Assembly (NCBI RefSeq): GCF_006345805.1
Contig: NC_043006.1
Location: forward strand, 69,998,001-70,062,000
Direction of reading: 5' to 3'
Source: Octopus sinensis
Taxonomy: Eukaryota
DNA: 64,000 nucleotides
Part shown: positions 54,277 to 64,000 of the stretch, one piece after another
Position numbering within the stretch: position 1 is the stretch's first letter
Layout: every line of letters begins with the position of its first letter
Program-made: the position numbers and the translations under genes
Notes under the pieces: generated by a model
Told to the model about the DNA's origin: nothing
Database searches by the model: none
What the model saw: the letters and a program-made list of their open reading frames with translations, nothing else

Positions 54277-55749
54277 TTTGTCTTGGGGTGAAAATGACCT
54301 GACAAATGATTTCCCATTCAATTTCATTATGTTGTTTTCCGGGAGATTTTTGCCTTGAAAGAAAATGTGTACTTTATTGGATTTTTGCATCTACTGACCA
54401 CTGATGAAACTGTTACACGACACATTTGAAAGCTCCGAAAAATGGGCTGTCGATTGATGTATTGCTTGTAAATATTTGAGCTACGAAAGAGATGCCAGGA
54501 TAGATTTTGTGACGTCGTTATTTTTAGCCGCCAAAAGGACAATTTGAACAGTGTATACTCCGCAACAAAGCGGTTTGAATCAATATGAAGAGGCTACTTA
54601 TTTCTTTCGTCTGTCTGTCGTTCCCAACTAGGGCTTATTTTAAGGGAAGAGCTTATATTATAATCATCCTGAAAAATCATGCTAGGTCTTATTGTCGGGG
54701 AAACGCGGTATTGCAAGAAGCAGCTAGATTTCTTTCTCTAACATTTTACATAGTTCAACCTACACAAGTTAATGTGTGACAAACAAAATAGGAATTTTGA
54801 AAAAAGTTTCTATAAAACTAGTTTTTAAACATGGAATGTCTATGGGGGTCCATAAGAATAAAATGATTATCAAAAAATGATGGCGGAGGCTTGATTTATT
54901 CAATGTTGACTGCTTCCCTTACGGCTTAGATATTGTGATGAATCTCCGAGGCCCCAGACGGATTACGACGAATATTATGACTAATCTCCCAGCCACCAGA
55001 AACAGCTGTTGGACTTATACCTCCTATGTATTAAAAGACATTGAATGAAAATAAATTGAATTTAATTACATTAATCAATAGAATTCTGTCTTATACACGC
55101 AAGATGTCAATATGGAAGATGCACTTGTTAATTGAGTTTTAGATTATATGAAAATTACTGTGCTCCAGCATGGCCACAGTCAAATGACTGAAACAAGTAA
55201 AAGAGAGTAAAAGAGAGTAAAGAGAGTATTCTTTATGTGTATGTATGAAAGTGTATATGTATGAAAATTACCGTGTCCTATAAAAACGAAGATACTTTAA
55301 GCTAGTGATAATAATAAAAACTAGTTGAAAGTTAAACCAAATATTATTCAGATATTTATCTCTAAAATCCAAGCACCTAGCCTTTGCGTAGCGGATATAT
55401 TATCCTATTCAATACACGTTGAGAAGTGTTTAATGACCGCTACGCAAAAGGTAGGTGCCTGGATTTTAGATGTTGATGTACTTGTTGTCAAGCGGCCATG
55501 GGAGAAACACTAAAGGAAAGTTCGACATCTGCTGGATTTGATCTCAGAATGCAAAGGAGAGAAACTAAACGCCGAAATGTTCTTCGTACTCAATGATCTG
55601 TTTATTGCTTGCCAACTACACGATTCCGGGTGCAGTCCCACTGCGTAGCACCATGAACAGGAGTCTTCTATTATAGCCTCGGGTCGACCAAAACTTTGTG
55701 AGTGGATTTGGTAGACGGAAACAGAAAGAAGCCCGTCGTGTATACTACG

Positions 55750-56125
55750 GCACTCAGTCGGTTACGACGACGAGGGTTTCAGTTGATCCGATCAACAGAA
55801 CAGCCAGCTCGTGAAATTAGCGAGCACTCCGCAGACTGAGCACTCCACAGACACGTGTACCCTTAACGCAGTTCTCGGAGAGATTCAGCGTGACACAGAG
55901 TGTAACAAGGATGGCCTTTGAAATACAGGTACAACAGAAGGAGGAAGAGTAAGAGAAAGCTGCGGTGAAAGAATACAGCAGGGTTCGTAACCAGTCTCTG
56001 CTGGAGCATCGTGGAGATTTAGGTGTTTTCGCTCAATAAACACTCACAACGCCCGGTCTGGGAATCGAAACCACGATCCTGCGACCGCGAGGCCTCTGCC
56101 CTAACCGCTGGACCATTGCGCTTCC
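55750..56125 (-). mobile_element. SINE family D
   Basis: Reverse complement of 48766-49096. Confidence 0.85.
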
Positions 56126-56133
56126 ACGCGCCG

Positions 56134-56199
<66 letters not shown>

Positions 56200-56211
56200 A
56201 CTATCTATTTG

Positions 56212-56300
<89 letters not shown>

Positions 56301-57640
56301 GGTTTTCGACCAGGTAGGAGCTGCCTGACCCAGCTCTTACAACATTATGACTGGGTGTTGAGGCAGTTAACCAACAAATCAAATGTGGACGTAATCTACC
56401 TTGATTTTGCATAAGCTTTTGACAAGGTGGATCATGGTATGATATGCCACAAACTGCGTAACCTTGGCATAGCTGGAAAACTTGGAGTGTGGTTACATGA
56501 CTTCCTGAAAGATAGGAGTCAGGCAGTAGTGGTTAATGGAGCCACCTCTATGAACACACAAATAGTGAGCGGTATTCCACAGGGCACAGTCTTGGGACCA
56601 CTGCATTTTATAGTGGCCCTTTCAGATATGCCCTCAAATACCCGGATAGCCACTCTGGCCAGCTATGCAGACGATACGAAAGTCTCGCAGAAAATACAGA
56701 ACCCCAGCGGTGTTGCACACCTGCAGCAGGAGTTGGACTCAATCTACAGATGGGCTGAGGATAATAATATGCAGTTTAATGCTGAAAAATTCCAGGCCCT
56801 GCGCTACCAGCATCCAAAACTGAATATTAAACTTACCGGATACACCGGTCCACAGGGAATTTCAATCCCAGAGCCTAAGTCTGTGAGGGACCTGGGTATC
56901 GACTTGAGTGATGATACCTCTTTCTAAGTGCACATTATCAGGATGGCGACAAAGTGCAGACGACTGGCTGGGTGGATCCTAAGAACATTCAGAACCAGAG
57001 ATAAGGAAACCATGATGGTCATCTGGCGGACATTCATCCTCAGCCGCCTGGATTACTGCTCACAGCTATGGTCACCCACCAGTGTAAAATTAACAGCGGA
57101 CCTTGAAGCAATCCAGAGAAGATTCACAAAGAAGATCGTCTCTTTGCAACAGCTCAGCTACTGGGAACGGTTGAAATAGCTAAGACTCTACTCCCTGGAG
57201 AGAAGACGGGAGAGGTATGCAGTAGTATATGTCTGGAAGATCCTGGAAGGAATTGTGCCAAATTTTGGCATTGTAAGCTACACCAATGCCAGAACGGGAC
57301 GACACTGCATAGTGCCAAAGATCCCAGCAATGCCATCACGCTTCAGGACCAGCTTCTGCAACAGCCTGGGTTTCAAGGGCCCACAGCTTTTTAATATTCT
57401 CCCAAAGAGTCTGAGGAACTTGCATAAAGTAGATGTAGCGGTTTTTAAATCAAAGCTGGACATCTTCCTGTCGAAAGTCCCAGATGAACCTACCTCACGG
57501 CAAGAGGTGCAAATGAGAGTAGCTATATCAAACTCCATTCTTCACCAAGTGCCACATATTAGACGAGGTTCTTCGCAATAACAGTGTAGCACAAAACGGC
57601 GGTGCATCAGCATGGCCGCAGCTCTGAGCTGAAACTAGGG
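56301..57640 (+). pseudogene. CR1-type LINE, 5'-truncated RT, single frame with three nonsense codons
   Basis: [61 protein letters not shown]. Stops at ~56411, 56925 and 57177. Tail CTCTGAGCTGAAACT. Confidence 0.9.
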
Positions 57641-57650
57641 GAAAAAATAT

Positions 57651-58062
57651 ATAGGAGTGGCTGTGTGGTAAGTAGCTTGCTAACCAACCACATGGTTCCG
57701 GGTTCAGTCCCACTGCGTGGCATCTTGGGCAAGTGTCTTCTGCTATAGCCCCGGGCCGACCAATGCCTTGTGAGTGGATTTGGTAGACGAAAACTGAAAG
57801 AAGCCTGTCGTATATATGTATATATGTATGTGTGTGTGTGTTTGTGTGTGTGTGTTTGTGTGTGTGTTTGTCTCCCTAGCATTGCTTGACAACCGATGCT
57901 GGTGTGTTTACGTCCCCGTAACTTAGCGGTTCGGCAAAAGAGACCGATAGAATAAGTAGTGGGCTTACAAAGAATAAGTCCCGGGGTCGATTTGCACGAC
58001 TAAAGGCGGTGCTCCAGCATGGCCGCAGTCAAATGACTGAAACAAGTAAAAGAGTAAAGAGT
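57651..58062 (+). mobile_element. SINE family A
   Basis: Near-consensus full copy. Confidence 0.9.
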
Positions 58063-58076
58063 ATATATATATATAT

Positions 58077-58145
<69 letters not shown>

Positions 58146-58792
58146 GACAGAAAGAAAGAAAGAAAGAAAGAAAAAAGAAAGAAAGAAAGAGAAACGTGTG
58201 TGTGTGTGTGCGTAGTCTGTGTTTGTCCTCCACCACCGATTGGTGTTCGTTCTTTATGTACCCGTAACCTAGCGATTCTGCAAGATTGATTAATACCATA
58301 AGCGTCAGGTAGGTTTTAAAAAATAAGAATTAGGATCGATCCATTCGACTAAAATTCGACAAGGCGGTGCTCCAGCATGGCTGCGGTGTAACAGCTGAAA
58401 TAAGTGAAAGGATAAAGAAAAATAGAAAATTATATATACAAAATCTATAAAACGGAACAAAATATATTAATACAAAGGCCAAAAAGAAATGATCAGGGGA
58501 GAGTACTCCTAAAACAATTATTAAGGATTATTTCCCTTGACAGTATTTTATAGAATGGCATTTCTGTTAATGAATGTTCCGCATTGACTTTTATGATTTA
58601 AATTAATTCACGACTGATTTAGATGGAGTGAAACAGAATATAATCCTTTCAGTGGATTTCAGTAACGTTGGCATAAACAATGAAAGAGAGCACACTAACA
58701 GAAAATGAAATATAATGATGAAAGTTGGGTGCTGGTGTATGTGATCTACATACATGTTTCTGGTATGGCTCGTAATCTACATTAGTTCAGTT

Positions 58793-59045
58793 GGAGGCGG
58801 AATGGCTCAGTGGTTAGCGCAGCGGACTCGAGGTCGTAGGATTGCGTTTTCGATTCCCAGACCGGGCGTTATGAGTGTTTATTGAGCGAAAACACCTAAT
58901 GCTCCACGAGGTTACTTCAGGGGGTGGTGGTGAACCTTGATGTGCTCTTTCACCACAATTTTCTCTCACTCTTTCTTCTTGTTTCTATTGTACCTGTATT
59001 TCCAAGACCCAGCCTTGTCACTGAATCTCCCCGAGAACTGACAAA
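58793..59045 (+). mobile_element. SINE family D, 3'-truncated
   Basis: GGAGGCGGAATGGCTCAGTGGTTAG head. Confidence 0.8.
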
Positions 59046-59183
59046 ATTCTGTGCTTGTCAGTGAACAGGTCGAGGTCTCAAAGTGACGAAAATATTTTGG
59101 CGAATTAAATTTAAATGTTGAAGTGAACCTAACGGTTTTTGTGTTTCTTAAATGGCTTATAAACACCTTCCACGCTGCAATTG

Positions 59184-59220
<37 letters not shown>

Positions 59221-59510
59221 TACATATATGTGTGTGTGTGTATATTTTTTTATTCTTTTATTCTTTTACTTGCTTCAGTCATTTGACTGCGGCCATGCTG
59301 GAACACCACATTTAAGTCGAACTAATCGACCCCAGTAAGCTTGATATTTATTCTATCGGTATCTTTTACCGAACTGCGCATAAACACACCAACATCGGTC
59401 GTATTTCTAGCTGTGTATGTGTTTCTAACACCCTAGTCATATTTCGTGACGGTTTATATATATATATATTATATTATATATATATATATATATGAACACA
59501 CACACATATA

Positions 59511-59925
59511 TAGGCGCAGGAATTGCTGTATGTAAGTAGCTTGCTACAAACCACATGATTCCGGAATCAGTCCCACTGCATAGCATCTTGGGCAAGTGTC
59601 TTCAACCATAGCCTCGGACCGATCAAAGTCTTGTGAGTCGATTTGGTAGACGGAAACTGAAAAAATCCCGTCGTATATACATGTGTGTGTGTGTGTGTGT
59701 GGTGTGTGTGGTGTGTGTGTGTGTTCGTCCCCCCCCCCGCACCTTGCTTGATAACCGATGCTGGTGTGCTTACGTCCCCGTAAATTAGCGGTTCGGTGAA
59801 AAAGATCGATAGAATAAGTACTAGGTTTACAAAGAATAAGTCCTGGGGGCGATTTGTTCGGCTAAAGGCGGTGCTCCAGCATGGCAGCGGTCAAATGACT
59901 GAAACAAATAAAAGAGTAAAGAATA
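59511..59925 (+). mobile_element. SINE family A
   Basis: Head, microsatellite and tail. Confidence 0.85.
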
Positions 59926-60052
59926 AGAGATGTTTGTATGTATGTATATATATATGTACATGTAGATATATATTTATGTTTATATCGGCACTTTTCGAAC
60001 GATTCTGGTCCTCGTTAGTGTATAGGTCTTCATTCATGTGCGTTAACTACAG

Positions 60053-60150
60053 CAGTGCTACTCAAAGTGGTGGTCCACAGACCGGCGCCGGTACACGGCG
60101 AGTTTCCAGAAAAGAAAGAAACGTTATAAAAATGCTTATGTAATATTGTA
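60053..60150. mobile_element. hAT/Charlie-like MITE end fragment
   Basis: CAGTGCTACTCAAAGTGGTGGTCCACAGACCGG resembles Charlie/MER5-type ends. The partner end was not found. Confidence 0.45.
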
Positions 60151-60154
60151 TTAT

Positions 60155-60555
60155 TTACTCTTTACTCTTTTACTTGTTTCAGTCATTTGACTGCGGCCAT
60201 GCTGGAGCACCGCTTTTAGTCGAGCAAATCGACCCCGGGACTTATTCCTTGTAAACCCAGTACTTATTCTATCGGTCTCTTTGCCGAACCGCTAAGTTAC
60301 GGGGACGTAAACACACCAGCATCGGTTGTCAAGCAATGCTAGGGGGACAAACACAGACACACAAACACACACACACACACATATATATATACATACATAT
60401 ATACGACGGGCTTCTTTCAGTTTCCGTCTACCAAATCTACTCACAAGGCTTTGGTCGGCCCGAGGCTATAGTAGAAGACACTTACCCAAGATGCCACGCA
60501 GTGGGACTGAACCCGGAACCATGTGGTTGGTAAGCAAGTTACTTACCATACAGCC
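60155..60555 (-). mobile_element. SINE family A
   Basis: Reverse-complement copy. Confidence 0.9.
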
Positions 60556-60593
60556 TTACAAAATAAATATAGGATTTTAAAAATTGTCAAAAA

Positions 60594-60954
60594 ATAGGCG
60601 TAGGAATGGCTGTGGGGTAAGTAGCTTGCTTACCAGCCACATGGTTTCGGGTTCAGTCCCACTGCGTTGCACTTTGGGCAAGTGTCTTCTTGTATAGCTT
60701 CGGGTCGACCAAAGCTTTGTGAGTGAATTTGGTAGACGGAAACTGAAAGAATCCCGTCGTATATATGTATATATATATGTGTGTGTTTGTATGTCTGCTT
60801 TTGTCATCCCAACATCGCTTGACAACCGATGCTGGTGTGTTTACGTCCCCATCACTTAGCGGTTCGGCACAAATGCCGATAGAATAAGTACCGGGCTTAC
60901 AAAGAAAAAATCTTGGTTCGATTTGCTCAAATGACTGAAACAAGTAAAAGAGAG
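60594..60954 (+). mobile_element. SINE family A
   Basis: Head, microsatellite and shortened tail. Confidence 0.85.
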
Positions 60955-61044
60955 TTTTATTATATTCATTCTATATATTGTTTCCAGTATAAATTAATAT
61001 TAGTAACAAATATTACCGGTCCCTGGCACATTAAAAAAAAATGG

Positions 61045-61425
61045 GAAACCTATAATTTTTTACTTTCAAATCCCACAGTTCAAATCTCACCCCCGCTGGG
61101 GGGCGAGACGTAGCAACAAAGCCTACAACGTTCGAAATTAAATTTTTCACACAGTAATAAATATATAGTATCCCCAATACAGGAAACCTATAATATATAT
61201 ATATTTTTTCCTCAGAACGAGGACAACAGTTCAAATCTCACCCACGCTAGGGGCCGATGCAACAATAGAGCATACAACGGCTAAAATTTAAATTTTTACG
61301 CAATAATAAATTGCTTATCCCCAAAAAACGGAAAAATACCTATAATATTTTTTCCCTCTTAATGAGGATAACAGTTCAAATCCCGCCCCCGCTGTGGGGT
61401 GGGGCATGATAATAAAGCCTACAAC
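61045..61425. repeat. ~148-bp tandem repeat, about 3 diverged units
   Basis: CAGTTCAAATC at 61076, 61227 and 61372, each preceded by ACCTATAAT and followed by a C-run/G-run hairpin and ...TACAACG. Confidence 0.8.
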
Positions 61426-61633
61426 GACTTTAATAAGTTCAATATCAATAATATTAATAAGTTCAATATTAAAAATATTAATAATTTTAATATTTCAACA
61501 ATTACTTTTTCCCGTCACCGGGGAAAAAGCACAAAAGTTTTCAAAGTTCAACAACGTTCAGCAATAAACAACAATTCCAACTCGACAAAGGTAAGCAAGC
61601 AACATACCACACAGCCACTCCTGCGACTATACA

Positions 61634-62018
61634 TCTCTCTCTATATAAACGGCAGTTTGTCTGTGCGTGTTTCTGTGTGTCTGTTTTCTCGTACCCTCAC
61701 CCTGACCACGGCTTTCAACCGATTCTGATGAAACTTGACACACACATAGCCCAATGTCATAATTCAAAACTAAAGCAGCGAAAATTTTGAAAAGTTCCCC
61801 CAGTTCTGAAAAAAATAATCGAATTCGACATGGGGTCGAGAATCAAAAAAAAACAAACCACAGACTGTCTAGGGACGCAACTCAACCTTTTTTACTCTCA
61901 AAAAAAAATTTACCATCATTTTTTTCCATTGTTTGCTGTTTTTTGGCTATAACTCTCTCTAAAATGCTTTATAGTTATTTCCCTTACAAACCTGAGCAAC
62001 GCCGGGCGATACTGCTAG
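61634..62018 (+). mobile_element. Non-autonomous Helitron, shorter derivative (385 bp) of the 325-1107 family
   Basis: A|TC...TATATAAACGGCAGTTTGTCTG start, shared GCTTTCAACCGATTCTGATGAAACTTGACAC block, and end CCTGAGCAACGCCGGG...CTAG|T. Confidence 0.8.
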
Positions 62019-62033
62019 TATACATATATATAT

Positions 62034-62193
62034 GTGGCTGTGGTAAGTAGCTTCTTTACCAACCACATGGTTCCGGGTTCAGACCCACTGCGTGGCACCT
62101 TGGGCAAGTGTCTTCTACTATAGCCTCGGGCCGACCAAAGCCTTGTGAGTGGATTTGGTAGACGGAAACTGAAAGAAGCTCGTCGTATGTATG

Positions 62194-62224
<31 letters not shown>

Positions 62225-62423
62225 TTGTTCCCCTAGCATTGCTTGACAACCGATGCTGGTGTGTTTATGTCCCCGTTACTTAGCGGTTCGGCAAAAGAGA
62301 CTGATAGAATAAGTACTGGGCTTACAAAAGAATAAATCCCGGGGTCGAGTTGCTCGATTAAAGGCGGTGCTCCAGCATGGCCGCAGTCAAATGACTGAAA
62401 CAAGTAAGAGAGACAGTAAAGAG
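62034..62423 (+). mobile_element. SINE family A
   Basis: Near-consensus copy. Confidence 0.9.
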
Positions 62424-62455
<32 letters not shown>

Positions 62456-63451
62456 TATACACACACACATACACACTCACACACACATACACACTCACAC
62501 ACACATACATACGTACATACATACATACATATATGCTTGTGTGCATTATGTGCGTGCATGCGTGCGTGTGTGGGCGTATGCGCTGGCATATTTCTAAGTC
62601 GTTTCAGTTATAAATCTCTCAAGTGCAATTTCAAAACAAACAGCTACAACTCTGTATGGGAGATAACTACGGAAACTTTTATATGAGTTGTTTCCCTTAG
62701 AAGAACTCTGTTGAAAATACAGTTGCTTAATATCTGTGCACCACATCACTTATTCTACACACACACAGACTCACACACACACGTACTTACACACACACGT
62801 TGTGTTTGTCCCTATCTACCACCGTTTGAGAACCAGTGTTGATTTCTTTACGTCCCCATAACATAGCGGGTCGACAACAATGAAAACCGGTACAATAAGT
62901 AACCTGTATAAAGAATAGAACCAGAAACTCGATTTGGTTGATTAAATCTTTCCAGGCCGTTCCTCAACATGGTCACAGTCCAATGACCGAAACAAGTAAA
63001 ACGCAAGGATAATATGTACAGAATTCCATGCACCGCTCCAGCATGGCCGCAGTCAAATGACTGAAACAAGTAAAAGAAAAAAGAATAAAAGAAAAGATAT
63101 AACTGTCAGTTTAATTCTTATAGTTACAACGTTTTTGCTATTGTATATTGTAATCTTCGGTCTCGCCCAGTACTGGCCATTTTCGACAGGATTTTCGAAA
63201 TTTCAAACTGAACTCTTTCTTAAGTTTGAAAGGTTCTCACTCCTTTGTCAGTACCAGTGTTGAAGTAACTGTGCTTGAATCTTTGGAGGAAGATGGAACG
63301 ATGTGAGTGGGATATCTTCCTTATGCGAGAGTGACTCTATGAGACTGACTATATTTTCTGAGGGTATGGGACAGCCGTCTAGGTATAGGGTGAAAAACCG
63401 TGGGTGAGAGAGCGAAGTTGTCTGTGTAGAAAAACAGATAGAAAAACAGGT

Positions 63452-63900
63452 GATGGGTGTATATGCATATTTCAGAAATTATTGCTCTTTCTTCAGTGCA
63501 ACATCCAACTCATTTACCATCCACGACCACATTGCTTAAATAACCACTAAGTTTAGCGGTGTAACACTATCGGATAGACCACTTTGCATATGAAATACGT
63601 TTCTAGCAACTGGCATGTAAATATTTTGAGACTTCCTTATTAATCTACAGACGTCTGACGGACGAAAGGATTTAAAACTATGACATGAAGTTTGATATTT
63701 TTTTGGAGGCGTGTTCATATTTTCTTTGCGTGCTATTTTTATCAATTTCTGGTAGGAACACCGTATTTTATTTCACAACCATAAGTATATATACTACCAA
63801 GTTCGTGACATTGCAAATTCCAGCAGTATTGTTCTTCTATACTTCATACGCTCGGTGACCTGACAAGGTAGCTTGCCAGACCTTATTTTGCGTTAAGACG
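63452..63900 (-). pseudogene. Decayed PLE-like GIY-YIG C-terminus with hammerhead relic
   Basis: Weak GICNVTNLVVY and FRPSDVCRL...RNVF..SGLS similarity, followed downstream by CTGAAGA...GAA-ATATGCATAT-A. Confidence 0.35.
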
Positions 63901-64000
63901 GTGTTGAGTATATTTTGCATGCACGGATAAAGGAAAATAGAGTCAGTAGTGTTGCGTTGTATGGTATATATGTCAGTGTGATATCCTCCTTGTATGAGAC

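Larger units (their letters stand above)
52141..54710 (-). mobile_element. Full-length pogo-type DNA transposon, inactivated, with two nested SINEs
   Basis: TIRs including the TA target are 52141-52165 and 54686-54710, a 21/25 match. The transposase relic lies between them. Confidence 0.85.
51991..54875. mobile_element. hAT-like MITE split by the pogo insertion (parts ~51991-52140 and ~54711-54875)
   Basis: Left part begins ATGGTTCTTAACTGGGGTCC (Charlie-like end). The GGGGTCC motif recurs in the right part. The right TIR is not evident. Confidence 0.45.

Overview
Eukaryotic, AT-rich, microsatellite-dense DNA with one 100-N assembly gap (2369-2468). The SINE families resemble, from recall rather than a database check, those of octopus (coleoid cephalopod) genomes. 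I cannot support any host protein-coding gene, and almost every ORF in the supplied track is translated microsatellite. The window is a mosaic of mobile DNA. It contains four tRNA-derived SINE families (my labels A, B, D, E); Penelope-like element (PLE) relics with RT and GIY-YIG domains; R4/Dong-type RLE LINEs sitting in (TAA)n tracts; RTE and CR1-type LINE fragments; a full-length but dead pogo-type DD35D transposon with TIRs and two nested SINEs; an internally deleted Tc1/mariner; MITEs; two copies of a non-autonomous Helitron; and one dispersed 5S rRNA copy. The strongest unexplained signal is a set of minimal type-I hammerhead ribozyme motifs with palindromic stem III, in at least three distinct terminal-repeat families. 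The copy at 23656-23696 has a canonical core and GUC cleavage triplet. Other notable structures are a tandem array of identically truncated Dong 3' ends, a 5S+SINE unit flanked by a ~96-bp direct repeat, a SINE insertion with both duplication and inversion of its target, a 184-bp SINE multimer, and a ~148-bp B-box-containing tandem repeat.
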